A stretch of DNA of 64,000 bases from Polyangiaceae bacterium (GTDB lineage Bacteria; Myxococcota_A; Polyangia; Polyangiales; Polyangiaceae), in assembly GCA_965222375.1 (NCBI GenBank), contig CBDCTZ010000015.1, forward strand, positions 608,001-672,000, given 5' to 3'. The translations under genes were made by a program, and so were the position numbers. This document shows positions 19,256 to 29,176 of this stretch, piece by piece (the first letter of the stretch is position 1; each line of letters begins with the position of its first letter). The notes under the pieces were generated by a model. It did no database searches, was not told the origin of the DNA, and saw nothing but the letters and a program-made list of their open reading frames with translations.

Positions 19256-21463
19256 TCACTCCGTCACACCAATACCGATCCCGCGACGCAGGCCAGCGTA
19301 CTTCTCCGAGACGGAAAAGGGGATCAGATCGCGAATGCGCCCTGCGGCAGACAAGCCGCCAATGACACGCCCGTCCACGGCGAGCATTCGGGCCGCAGCG
19401 GTGATGTCCCCACACGCCAGCAGCCCCGCGCGACACGCAGCCATTTCGATAGCGCGGGTCCACGCGGTCAGGTCGAAGCGGCCGTCGCGGGCCTGCAGCG
19501 CTTCCACCGCCTGCTCCACCTCCTTCTGCTGTTCCTCCCCGAGCTTGGCGGCGAGCAAGTCGCGCAAGGCGATAGCGTTCGAGGGCAAGCTCGAGGGCAG
19601 AACCTGAGCGATCGCCGCAAGCAGCAGTAACTTGAAGTCCTGCGGACTCGGGTAGAACGTCAGCAGGCGCTGCGTGAGATGCTGGGCGGACAGAGCCCGC
19701 GCGATGGTGAAAGCGAGTTCCGGCACCGACCGCCCACTGAGCAGGGACTCGCCGAGCAAGATCGTTGGCTGCTCCAGGGGTAGAGCTACGATGCCGCCGG
19801 GGAGATCCTCTTTCTGCGCGTAGACGGCTGGCACGTCCAAACCGAGAACCGCGCACGCCCAAGCGACCGTGCGTACGGCGGTCAGCGTGGTCTTCTCGAC
19901 GTCATGGCGCTCGGCATGGCTCAGGTCCGGCAACAAGTTGGCGGTGCGCAACTGCTCCATTCGGAAGTCGATAGCGGCGGGGGCAATCGCATGCACGAGG
20001 TGAGACACCACGTCGTCGTGCTCCGACACGTGAAGCTCGGCCCAACCCCTGGACTCCAGCGCGGCTTGGGGGCGCGGAGTCGTCTCTGGGGCGAAGCGCC
20101 GATACACTTCCTGCTCGGATTGGTCGGCTTCTCCCAGGTGCACCAAGACCGCGCAGGCCGCATAACTGCGATCCAGGTCGCCGAGCCCGGCGGTGATGCG
20201 ATGGAGCTCACGAAAAGTCGCGGCACGGGTTGGCCCCCAGGTGGCAGAGTTTGCCAGACAGCGCGCCGCCAACTCGGGTTCGTTGGTCTGTTCGAGAAGC
20301 GCGGCTAGTCGCGCCCGGGCCTCGACGTTTTCGGGGTCGAGTTTGACGAGGCGATCCAGGGTCAGAATGGCCGTGTGCACGTCGCCCAGGTGCTCCACGT
20401 GCACGTTCGCAAGTCTATCGAGCAGGCCACACTCAGCTTCGGTTTGCCCGCGTCCCGCGAGCCGCTCCAGCTGGCGTTCGTAGGCGAGCGCCACTCCGCT
20501 GAAGTCCGCGTTCTTGATCAGAACGGCCTCGATTGCCTCAAAAGCCCCGGGGGTGGAGGGATCGTCGGCAATCGCTGCCTCGTACAGCGCCACGGCCCGC
20601 GCCACGTCTTGGGTGCGTCGCGCGCACATGCCCGCGGCCGCGGTAAACGACCTCGCGCGATCCCGCGGACTCTCGATGGTCTCCGTGAGGGCGACCTTGG
20701 TGTCCACTGCCTCGCGCCAACGCCCAGCTGCTTCCAGGCTAGCTTGCAAGCGCTCGAGCAGACGGGGATCCTTCGGCCGAAGCTCCAGGGCGCGCTCCAA
20801 AGACTCGGTCGTCGCGTGGAGAGACTCGTCAGCAATGGACGACAGGAGCGACGCGCGCTCTTCGTCCGTATCTGCCCGTCGCAGCAAGCGACGGCGAAGC
20901 GCCGCGGCCGTCGCTCCGTCAGCGGACCCTTGCGCCAGCTCGATGCGACGCTTCAGCGCCGTCTGGTGATCCGGAAAGATCGCTAGGGCACGGTCGAGCA
21001 GACTCGCGGCTTGCTCTGGGCTGCCTCGCTCCGCCTCGATGCTCGCGAGACAAACCAGCACCTCTGCCCTTCGTGGTCCGTGCTCCCAGGAGAGCAAAGA
21101 GTCCGCGAAGGCGTAGGAGCGATGGGCCTGTTCGAGATTTCCACTCTCGAGGTGCTGTGCACCTTCGGCGATCGCCGCTTCCACTGCCGGGTCTTCGACG
21201 GGCTGGAGCCGCTTGGCCTTTTCCGCTAGTCCCAGCTCGTCCCAATCCTCTTGGCTCAAGCGCCCGGCGCCCGCTCGAGCAAGCACGACGAACCCGGCTT
21301 CACCGGGCTCGTGCTCTTCGAAGCCTTTGGCCAAGGCGCGAGCCATCGGGTCGATCGCGGGCAACGTAACGACGGTTGGGGAACCTTGGCTCAGGGCTTG
21401 GCGCAGAAAGTCCGCGGCCGCGTCAGGCTGCGCCGGCGGGTCGAGCACGAGGACGATTCGCAT
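19256..21463 (-). CDS. TPR repeat protein with myxobacterial AgmK-like C-terminal domain
   Basis: Many TPR-like helices (ALAIFPDH, ALELRPKD, VKLDPEN). C-terminal RAGLLACGD..RIRDLIPFSVSEKY..LR. Confidence 0.85.
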   Translation of the reverse strand: MRIVLVLDPPAQPDAAADFLRQALSQGSPTVVTLPAIDPMARALAKGFEEHEPGEAGFVVLARAGAGRLSQEDWDELGLAEKAKRLQPVEDPAVEAAIAEGAQHLESGNLEQAHRSYAFADSLLSWEHGPRRAEVLVCLASIEAERGSPEQAASLLDRALAIFPDHQTALKRRIELAQGSADGATAAALRRRLLRRADTDEERASLLSSIADESLHATTESLERALELRPKDPRLLERLQASLEAAGRWREAVDTKVALTETIESPRDRARSFTAAAGMCARRTQDVARAVALYEAAIADDPSTPGAFEAIEAVLIKNADFSGVALAYERQLERLAGRGQTEAECGLLDRLANVHVEHLGDVHTAILTLDRLVKLDPENVEARARLAALLEQTNEPELAARCLANSATWGPTRAATFRELHRITAGLGDLDRSYAACAVLVHLGEADQSEQEVYRRFAPETTPRPQAALESRGWAELHVSEHDDVVSHLVHAIAPAAIDFRMEQLRTANLLPDLSHAERHDVEKTTLTAVRTVAWACAVLGLDVPAVYAQKEDLPGGIVALPLEQPTILLGESLLSGRSVPELAFTIARALSAQHLTQRLLTFYPSPQDFKLLLLAAIAQVLPSSLPSNAIALRDLLAAKLGEEQQKEVEQAVEALQARDGRFDLTAWTRAIEMAACRAGLLACGDITAAARMLAVDGRVIGGLSAAGRIRDLIPFSVSEKYAGLRRGIGIGVTE

Positions 21464-21554
21464 GCGTCAGCTCTAGCCGAGCCCGCACCCGAAGACGACC
21501 CAGCAGGCGCGGGTCCCGTTTCGTACGCTCTGCGCGGGTCTCTGCTCGCTACCC

Positions 21555-22046
21555 CTAGGCGACCGGTGGTGGACGCGAAGTCGGTCGGAGCACAGCTCGC
21601 ACCAGCGCCTTGATAACGGGCATGGCGTTGTCAGCTGTGGGCTCGCCGACGTAGAGGGGCTTGTAGTTGCTCAGGGTAGTCCACTCGTCGGCCATGGCCT
21701 GACTGCCGAACACCGCTGTGGGGAGCCCAGGTTTGCCGAGGTGCAGAGCCCGATCGAGCATCTCAAGCGTGCTGGACGAGTAGTGATGGCCCGCGTCGGG
21801 GGCGTCCGTCAGGACCAGAGCGTCAGCGTCGGCCAATAGCTGTTTGAGATGCGCCGCCGCTTTGTCGTCGGCGAAGGGCTCGGTGCCGAAGCAATGCAGC
21901 CGCAGACGCGGACGCCATTTGGCGGCTTCGCCCAGGGACAAGACATCATCCGAAAGCGGTAGGGCCCCATGAAACCGGTCGCTCGCCCCTCCGATCACGA
22001 TGACGCATAGCTCGATGTGGCGCTCGTTGTCGTCAAGCTTGGCCAT
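21555..22046 (-). CDS. Degenerate MglA-like small GTPase fold protein (pseudo-GTPase)
   Basis: Colinear similarity to MglA by eye, but with no GxxxxGKT and no NKxD motif. Confidence 0.55.
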   Translation of the reverse strand: MAKLDDNERHIELCVIVIGGASDRFHGALPLSDDVLSLGEAAKWRPRLRLHCFGTEPFADDKAAAHLKQLLADADALVLTDAPDAGHHYSSSTLEMLDRALHLGKPGLPTAVFGSQAMADEWTTLSNYKPLYVGEPTADNAMPVIKALVRAVLRPTSRPPPVA

Positions 22047-22134
22047 ACAGGAAGCGTAGAACGCTTCCGCCCAATGGGAAACGGTCTAGGCTGGCCCCCT
22101 TTACAGGCTCATTGCCGTGCGGTAGCTGGACAAG

Positions 22135-22599
22135 ATGACGCGACACACGGGAAGAAGCTGGGTTCCCGTTGGGCTTTTGTCGGGAGTTTGCCTATGCAGC
22201 TGGGCGCTGTGGGGCTGCGCGGCCGGAGACGATGGTGATGGCAGCGGTGGTGGCACGGCTAGTGGTGGCAGCTCGAGCGGTGGCATGGCCGGGGCCGGAG
22301 CCGCCAGTGGCGGCACGTCCAGCGGCGGCAGCGCTGGCTCGGGCGGCGGCGCCGGAGCAGCCGGCGCGGCGGGAAGCGCTGGCGCGGATGGAGGTAGCTG
22401 TGAACCCGTCAAGGCGTTTTGCGGCACCAAGCCCTCCGACCTCCTGGAGTGCTGCAAGCCTCTCGAATGTGCCTTCGATCCCTCGGACTTCAAGTACTAT
22501 TGCTGCAAGAGCGCCAACCAACCCTGCGGTGGCGACACCGAGTGTTGCAAGGGCCTGTTCTGCAAGGCTGCGGCTTCGGGCATGACCTGCCAGAAGTGA
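22135..22599 (+). CDS. Lipoprotein with Gly linker and two knottin-like Cys modules
   Basis: LWGC lipobox. Two C-C-CC-C-C patterns at the C-terminus. Confidence 0.8.
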   Translation: MTRHTGRSWVPVGLLSGVCLCSWALWGCAAGDDGDGSGGGTASGGSSSGGMAGAGAASGGTSSGGSAGSGGGAGAAGAAGSAGADGGSCEPVKAFCGTKPSDLLECCKPLECAFDPSDFKYYCCKSANQPCGGDTECCKGLFCKAAASGMTCQK

Positions 22600-22716
22600 A
22601 GCTGGCCGCACATCGCCACTGAATGCATGAGATCATGGACCCCCACCTGAGGTGTGACGCCAGCGGCAGATCAAACCGAGGTGTTGAACGCCGCCGTTTG
22701 GCACCCGTTGAACATC

Positions 22717-23094
22717 CTATTTGACTCCGAAGAACGCCTTGGTCTCCGGCTTGATCCAGAAGTAGAGCAGGGCGCCGCAGGCCGGCAAGCAGCAAGCGCT
22801 CGTGAGCCCAAGCGCGATCAGCGCCATGTGGTAGTACCAGGCCCAGCTCTTTTTCGGCAGAAACGGCGCCGCGAGAAAGAGCAGAGCTAGCGGAAACGAG
22901 ATCACGGCCACGATGCCGCCGATCCACGGCGGGTCCGCGCCGGGGCCACCGGGTGCGGCAAACATGAACCAGACGCCGCCGACCACCAGCGCCACGTAGA
23001 CCAAACCCAGACATACGGCGTACACGAGGTACCAAATCCAGACTTGGGGCGGCCCTTCGGGTACGGGGTCCGCGTAATAGACGTCGTTCTGCAC
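22717..23094 (-). CDS. Small membrane protein, about 4 TM
   Basis: Four hydrophobic segments, ending KPETKAFFG. GGAG upstream of the GTG start. Confidence 0.75.
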   Translation of the reverse strand: MQNDVYYADPVPEGPPQVWIWYLVYAVCLGLVYVALVVGGVWFMFAAPGGPGADPPWIGGIVAVISFPLALLFLAAPFLPKKSWAWYYHMALIALGLTSACCLPACGALLYFWIKPETKAFFGVK

Positions 23095-23237
23095 TATTTG
23101 GCTCTGCTCCGGGCGAGACAGGGTAACGCAAGTTCGCGGCTCTTTGGCCTAGGTCGAGAATAGTGGCCCTGCTTGCACCATCGAACCGACCCCAAACCAA
23201 TCCTGAACCCTGCTTCGATAACGCGAGAACCGACGCT

Positions 23238-24773
23238 TCATGGTGCCTTGGCGCTGTCGCGCAGCTCTGTCTCGATCCCCTCGACCTGCGTTTGCCCTTT
23301 TCGGTCCATGAGACTGACGACAACGGCTGCAAGCCCGGACAAGAGAAAAGCAGGAGGCAGTTCGCCGAGGGTCTTGAAAGATGAACCGACCACGGGAAGC
23401 ATCGGCACCGCGAACTTGAACAATGGCACGCACGCAAAGCCAACTAGCATTGCGGCCAGGGCACCGTTCGCAGTGAGGCGCGGCCAGAACAGCGAGAGAA
23501 TCATGGTGGGGCAGAACGTGGCACTGATGCCAGACCAACCGAAGATCACGAACCAAAAAATGGTTCTGTCGGGTGTGATGAGCGCAACGGAAACTGCGAC
23601 AATGAGAGCGATCGCAGCCAAGGCGAAGGTTGCAGCCCGACTCTTGGGTACGAGCTGATCGTCCGGCATCGCTGGGTGCAACACTTTTTGGTACACGTCC
23701 CGCACCAGTGCGCTCCCGGCTAGAACGAGCAGCGAGTCGACGGTGCTCATGATCGCAGAAAGCACGATGGCCACGAATAGCCCCACCAAGATCAACGGCA
23801 GCACGCGCCCAACGAGAAGCGGAAGCACGTCTTCCCCACCCTGACCCAGCACTTTCTCGAGCTTGGCATCGGGCCCAGTGAGCAGAGCACGGCCGACCAT
23901 GCCAATCAGCACGGCGCCGAGGTCAGCCAGCACCGTGAAAGTGATCGCGACACCAGCGCCCTTGCTGATTTCCCGCTTGTCCTTGAGGGCGATGAAGCGA
24001 ACAAAGATCTGCGGCGAGCCCATGAAACCCAGGCCAATGAGCAACAAAGAAATCACACTGAGAATCGTGGGAAGCGTCCAGCCATCCCCAGGGCCAGCAA
24101 GGGTCAGTAGACCTGGATCGATGGCAGTAAGTCGGCTGCTCATTTCCGACGGCCCACCCAAGGCGAAGAGTCCGACGACGGGCAACGTGACCAACCCCAG
24201 GAACATCAGAGAGCCTTGGAATACATCGGACCACGCAACCGCGAGGAAGCCGCCGGCCACGATGTAAACCAGAACGACCGCGAATCCGACGCCAATACCC
24301 GTGTAGTAGTTCCACCCGAGAAAGCTCTCGAAGGCTTTGCCCGTGGCGTCGATCTGCGCGCTGACGTAGATCGTCACGAAAACCACGAGTGCCCCTGCGG
24401 CCACGATTCTCAAACGATGGGAACGGTCGCGGAAGCGATCGGCGAGGTAATCGGGTACCGTGATCGAATCGTAGCGATCCGTCAGGGACTTGAAGCGGCG
24501 GCACATCAATAGCCACGCCGTGGCCACGCCAATGACCTCGCCGAGTACGACCCACAGCGCCTTGGCCCCAACCGCTGCGCCCATGCCGGTCAGACCGAGC
24601 AACAGCCAGGCGCTCTCCCCCGTCGCCCGGGCGCTGAAGGCCACGGCCCAAAAACCTAGCCCCTTGCCCGCGGCGAAGTAGTCTTTGACGTCCTTCATCC
24701 GGCGCGACGCCACGACGCCGATCCCGACCAGGATCAGCAGATAGGCGACGACCGCGACGAGTTTGACCAGCAC
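23238..24773 (-). CDS. putP: Sodium/proline symporter (SSS family)
   Basis: DYFAAG, SARATGESAWLLLGLTG, GGFLAVAWSD, GSPQIFVRF and SAIMSTVDS. Confidence 0.85.
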   Translation of the reverse strand: MLVKLVAVVAYLLILVGIGVVASRRMKDVKDYFAAGKGLGFWAVAFSARATGESAWLLLGLTGMGAAVGAKALWVVLGEVIGVATAWLLMCRRFKSLTDRYDSITVPDYLADRFRDRSHRLRIVAAGALVVFVTIYVSAQIDATGKAFESFLGWNYYTGIGVGFAVVLVYIVAGGFLAVAWSDVFQGSLMFLGLVTLPVVGLFALGGPSEMSSRLTAIDPGLLTLAGPGDGWTLPTILSVISLLLIGLGFMGSPQIFVRFIALKDKREISKGAGVAITFTVLADLGAVLIGMVGRALLTGPDAKLEKVLGQGGEDVLPLLVGRVLPLILVGLFVAIVLSAIMSTVDSLLVLAGSALVRDVYQKVLHPAMPDDQLVPKSRAATFALAAIALIVAVSVALITPDRTIFWFVIFGWSGISATFCPTMILSLFWPRLTANGALAAMLVGFACVPLFKFAVPMLPVVGSSFKTLGELPPAFLLSGLAAVVVSLMDRKGQTQVEGIETELRDSAKAP

Positions 24774-24848
24774 CCCGCCGCTGAACCTACCACCCCCGTT
24801 CTGGTCGGGGCCGAGGCGACCCAGCACCCAGAAATCCTGCCCACGGGC

Positions 24849-24890
24849 TTGACATCAGAAAATGAATGAATATTCATTCATTCATGTCAA
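24849..24890. promoter_or_regulatory. Perfect 22-bp palindromic operator between two opposed TTGACA boxes
   Basis: AATGAATGAATATTCATTCATT at 24861-24882. TTGACA at 24849-24854 on + and at 24885-24890 on -. Confidence 0.8.
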
Positions 24891-24919
24891 AGCCGCCATT
24901 TGCAGCTTTTTCCGAGGAA

Positions 24920-25594
24920 ATGGACGTCACGCCGCGCCGCCTAGCCCCCGCGCTTCGGCGTCCGCTAGCTGCGCTGATCAGCCTCGCTCTCGCACTGTCC
25001 CTAGCGCGACCGGCAGTCGCGCAGCCCATCGACCAAGCCGGGATGGAGCGCGCGACCGACGACTACTTCTCGCAAGAGAAGACCCTAGGGCTAGCCGGCA
25101 TGATCGCCGGCGTGGCCTCTTTGGGTGGCGCAGCCGTGCTCTACACCCAGCGGGACGACGAGCGGCTCGAGGGCGCGATGTATCCCTTGGCCGGCTTTGG
25201 GCTGCTGGAGCTGGCTGCGGGGGGCGTGATCTTTTTTAGAACACCCGGTCAGCTCAGTGACTTGAAGTCGGATTTGAAGCGAGATCCGGCGGCCTTCCGC
25301 AAAGACGAGTTGAAGCGCATGAAGGCGGTGAACGACCAATTCGACATCCTGACCATCGTCTGGATTGTCGGCATCGCGGCGGGCATAGGCGTTTCGACCT
25401 ACGGTTTCATCGACGACAGTGAGCGGGCGCTAGGCATCGGCGCGGGGGTTGCGCTCCAGAGCGCTCTGATCTTGACGGGCGATCTGATCGCCGCCAGCAA
25501 CGCTCGTGACTACGCAGATGCCCTGGAGCGATTCCAGCCCACGGGCACTGCCAGCTCCACGAGCACGATCTTCCGATTGGGCGGCACCTTCTAG
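24920..25594 (+). CDS. Hypothetical membrane protein with signal peptide
   Basis: Signal peptide (AVA-Q), about 4 TM segments, GAGGA RBS. Start could be 24884. Confidence 0.75.
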   Translation: MDVTPRRLAPALRRPLAALISLALALSLARPAVAQPIDQAGMERATDDYFSQEKTLGLAGMIAGVASLGGAAVLYTQRDDERLEGAMYPLAGFGLLELAAGGVIFFRTPGQLSDLKSDLKRDPAAFRKDELKRMKAVNDQFDILTIVWIVGIAAGIGVSTYGFIDDSERALGIGAGVALQSALILTGDLIAASNARDYADALERFQPTGTASSTSTIFRLGGTF

Positions 25595-25598
25595 CCAG

Positions 25599-25918
25599 CT
25601 ACTTGCACATGGCGTTGGCGCTTTTGGTGTTCTCGGGCCAATAGTTCATCACCAGCCCCACGCCACCAAGATTGGTCAGCCCCTTGTTCTGCTTGAACAC
25701 CCAGTCTTGGCAACGACTGTAGGCCGTCGCATCCCGCCGCGCGAAATGACACGAGGCATAGGCGACCTGGGTCTTGTACGTGTTGAGAACTTGTGGGGCC
25801 CAAGCGCGATACTGCCGAAGCGCGCGACACACATATAGCTCGCTGTGGATCAATTCGCCGGCATGTAGCAGCACGAAAGACTCGATGTAGTTGTGCGTGT
25901 TGTTGCAAGCGCCCCACG
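25599..25918 (-). pseudogene. Possible C-terminal gene remnant
   Basis: Open frame with coding-like codon use (..DWVFKQNKGLTNLGGVGLVMNYWPE..) but no good start. Confidence 0.3.
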
Positions 25919-25945
25919 CTCAGCAGCATAGCACCGAGCCGGGGT

Positions 25946-28360
25946 CTAGAAGCTCGCTTCCAATCCGATGCTCGGGATCGTCACGGGGCCAATCGTCTCC
26001 GTCTCACAACCATAGGCGTAGCAGCTGATCTCGAGGGTTTCTTTGTTCAATGTCGTGTTGAGAACTTCGAACACCAAGGCCCAGAAGCCGGTCTCACCCA
26101 AGCGCCAGCGTTTTTCCAGCCGCCAGTCCAGACGATAAAACGGCGCGGAGCGCGGCGGATTGCGAGCAGCCCGAGCGTAGGCCACCTCCGCGGGAATGCC
26201 GCTGTAGACCACGCCTCGCCAACCAACCCGCCAGGCTCGACCCAAATCGTAGGCCATGGCGATATTGAAAACGTGTCGGCGATCGAAGCTCGACGGGCCT
26301 TCCAATCGGCCGGACGCACGCGTGCTGCGCGAGAGCGTGTAGGACATGAAGCCGCCGAGTCGCTTGGTGAGGGAGCGACGCAACAAGAGTTCCAGTCCGT
26401 AACTGTGGGATGTAGCGCGGTCCTCGTTGTCTACGCCGGGGTCGGCGCGTTGTAGCTGAAACAGGCCCAAGGGGTCGGTCAGTCCGAATAGGACGTTTTG
26501 GAACAGCGTGAGGGAGCCAGTGACGTCGTCTCCCAGATCCACTTCCGCACCCGCGCTGCTTTGCACGCCGGTTTGGAGTCCCTCTTTGGCGGCGCCCTGG
26601 AGCCCGGGCACGGGAATGGCGAAGCTCGGCGGTTGATGCGCAATGCCCAGGTCGTGTAGCAGGGCGACGCGCTCGCTCACCTGGAAGCGCGCGGCCACCC
26701 TGGGCTCCGGAGCCACTTGGGTTACGCCGTCGGAAGTGTAGAGGTCCAGGCGAAAACCTGGCGTCAGAGTCACACCGGACCCTAGATCCAAGACCCAATC
26801 CAGCCATGCGCCTGTAATGACCTCACTCCGAGAAGCGAAACGCGCCTGGGTGACGTCTTCGCCTGGAAGCGGAGTTGAAAAGCGAGGAGGCAGCCCCGGC
26901 AGCGGGTTTGGGTTCAGCTCCGTGGGCGGGCCATCGCCGCCAGCACCATCGGCGTCATCTTGGTCGATCAGAATGTCGTAGCGCGCCACGCTCACGTCAG
27001 CGCCGCTGCGAAACTGGACCCGCTTGCTCCAGCGGTTGACGTAGGCAAGGCGATTGCGCACGCTCTGGGCGCGTAGCTCCAGTTCGCCATCTCCGGCCGC
27101 GGAGCGATCGAAGCCCAGAGTGGTGGCAAGGCGCATTGCGCTATCGGCGCTCAGCGCGCGGTCATAGCGCATATCGAGGCGGTGGAAGGTGACGTCGTAG
27201 ATGTCTTGCGTCTCGCCATCGTCATCTTCTGCACTGAGGAAGTCGTAGGCACCGAAGCCGAACACACCGAGGGTGTCTCGCTCGGTCAGCTTGTATTGGA
27301 CGCGTCCCTGATAGTCCCAGTAGCCAATTTCGACTTCGGGCACGAGCAGCGACACTACCGCGCCGGTATAGGAATAGCGGCCTGCCAGCATCGCGTTGCC
27401 ACGCCCGTTCGCAAACGGAGTCTCGACGAACGCGCCACTGTCAACCAGCCGAACGTTGGCCTCACCCCGAAATCGGCCCTCGGGCTGTGCGGCGCTTCCG
27501 GTGACGATTCCGCCAGAGATGCGCCCATAGCTGGCCGGGTACGCGCCGGAGTAGAGCCGGACCTCATCGATGAAGGCCGGATGGATCACCGCAGGGCCCG
27601 CGGCGACGTGATACAGACCAGGCACGGGGATATCGTCGAAGAAGTAGCCGACGTTGCCCGGCGGCGCGCCGCGCACGAAGAAGTACGGCAGCCCCGAAGC
27701 CACCGGCGTGACCCCGGGCATGACCTCGACGGCACGGAAGGGGTCTCCAAAAGCCCCCGGTAGCTGCCGCACTTCGGCGCGGGTCATGCGCCCGACCTTG
27801 CTCCTGCGTCGCTCTCCCTCCACCACTACTTCCAAAGACTTCGCGGACTGCTCTTGGTCGGACACGCCGGTGACCGTCTCTTCTTGCTCAGGCTCAGGCT
27901 CTTGTCGCGGTGGTTCGGTGAAACGCACCTCCATGCGGATCCGAGATGCGACCGCGACGCCACCGCGCATGGCCGGACTGAATCGCCAGGTCTTCGCGGC
28001 ATTCACGGCCGCCTCGGAAAAGGGCTGGTTGCCGGTCACGACCGACACCGACGCGACGCTTCCCTCTTTCGCGATGACCAATTCGAGCAGTACTAGCGAG
28101 TCGCCCGTCGCTACTTGAGGGTAGTCGACGGCGATACTGCCCAGGGCTCGGGGCGGCGTGATGGTCGGTACGGGGCGAGCTTCGGCGTCCTGCCCCGGCT
28201 TGGGAGGGTCGGGCTGCGCCAAAGCCGGCACCGTCAGCGTGACCAACGCGGCCAGCCACGGAAGCCACCGTCGTAGCTGCCCACGGACGCTCGAGAACGG
28301 ATCCAACCCCAGCTTTATAGTTACTTGCCACGTAGAGGCCAGGCCCCGATGCACTCCCAA
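25946..28360 (-). CDS. TonB-dependent receptor with N-terminal TonB-C domain
   Basis: WRFSPAMRGG TonB-C domain, plug LPGAFGDPFRAVEVMPGV..VRG..GGIV, and a beta-barrel ending in F. Start uncertain. Confidence 0.9.
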   Translation of the reverse strand: MGVHRGLASTWQVTIKLGLDPFSSVRGQLRRWLPWLAALVTLTVPALAQPDPPKPGQDAEARPVPTITPPRALGSIAVDYPQVATGDSLVLLELVIAKEGSVASVSVVTGNQPFSEAAVNAAKTWRFSPAMRGGVAVASRIRMEVRFTEPPRQEPEPEQEETVTGVSDQEQSAKSLEVVVEGERRRSKVGRMTRAEVRQLPGAFGDPFRAVEVMPGVTPVASGLPYFFVRGAPPGNVGYFFDDIPVPGLYHVAAGPAVIHPAFIDEVRLYSGAYPASYGRISGGIVTGSAAQPEGRFRGEANVRLVDSGAFVETPFANGRGNAMLAGRYSYTGAVVSLLVPEVEIGYWDYQGRVQYKLTERDTLGVFGFGAYDFLSAEDDDGETQDIYDVTFHRLDMRYDRALSADSAMRLATTLGFDRSAAGDGELELRAQSVRNRLAYVNRWSKRVQFRSGADVSVARYDILIDQDDADGAGGDGPPTELNPNPLPGLPPRFSTPLPGEDVTQARFASRSEVITGAWLDWVLDLGSGVTLTPGFRLDLYTSDGVTQVAPEPRVAARFQVSERVALLHDLGIAHQPPSFAIPVPGLQGAAKEGLQTGVQSSAGAEVDLGDDVTGSLTLFQNVLFGLTDPLGLFQLQRADPGVDNEDRATSHSYGLELLLRRSLTKRLGGFMSYTLSRSTRASGRLEGPSSFDRRHVFNIAMAYDLGRAWRVGWRGVVYSGIPAEVAYARAARNPPRSAPFYRLDWRLEKRWRLGETGFWALVFEVLNTTLNKETLEISCYAYGCETETIGPVTIPSIGLEASF

Positions 28361-28411
28361 GCTGGCCGCTGCGCGGCGGTCGCTCTAGGTTAATGGCCCA
28401 CCCACCAAGCC

Positions 28412-29158
28412 ATGAGCTTTCGAACGCAGCTTCCAAGTGCCGAGCACCGCAGCTGGCCATTGGCGATGGTCGCCATGCTGGCGGCGCTGAGCGCCCAGTG
28501 CGATCCCCAGGAATATTCGGGCTCGCCGACCTTCTGTGACGACTGGTGCCAAGCATTCTTGCGCAAAGACTGCGAACAAGAACCTGAGAATTGCGTACGC
28601 GGCTGCGAGCGCAGCCTGCCCGAGGAGCCGTGCTTGAGCCTCCAGCGAGAACTCCTGGATTGTTACCGAGCGGCGTCTCCCGATGACTTTGTTTGTTCGG
28701 GGTCCGGGTTTCGCGCCCAGGCGCTACCAAAGGAGTCGACCTGCCAGGCCCCTAGGGACGCCCTGATCGAGTGCGCGTTCCCGGACGTCAGGCTTTGTTT
28801 GGATGTGTGCCGCGCCGTCGAAGCTGCCGCCGTCAGCGACGCGGGAGATGCTGACGCCGGCACGCAGTCATCGACTCGCCTATGCCCCTCGGAGGACATC
28901 CCCTGCGACTCCATTTGCTGGATTGCCGGTAGCTATCTGAGCTCCCCGTCGGATGCTGGCGCTGACGCCACCGATGACCGCTCCTTCGGCGGGCGAAACC
29001 CATTTGGCGACAACGCATCGCAGCTCATCGATTGCGCGCTGAACAAGGCCGACCTTTGCCGTCGAGGGCAGCCAACCAGTCCCGACGCAGGGACCTCCGA
29101 CGAGACCTGGCGCACGGTCCTGTCCAGTTGCGCTGAACAGCAGGGCTTGATCGATTGA
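28412..29158 (+). CDS. Cys-rich exported protein or lipoprotein
   Basis: Hydrophobic signal ending SAQC, CxxxC helical pairs and DAG linkers. Confidence 0.7.
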   Translation: MSFRTQLPSAEHRSWPLAMVAMLAALSAQCDPQEYSGSPTFCDDWCQAFLRKDCEQEPENCVRGCERSLPEEPCLSLQRELLDCYRAASPDDFVCSGSGFRAQALPKESTCQAPRDALIECAFPDVRLCLDVCRAVEAAAVSDAGDADAGTQSSTRLCPSEDIPCDSICWIAGSYLSSPSDAGADATDDRSFGGRNPFGDNASQLIDCALNKADLCRRGQPTSPDAGTSDETWRTVLSSCAEQQGLID

Positions 29159-29176
29159 TCGGCGTGGCGCCGGCGC

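Noticed and set aside
17784..19607. 607-aa plus-strand ORF
   Set aside because: Antisense to three well-supported minus-strand genes, with Ser/Thr/Pro-rich shadow composition.
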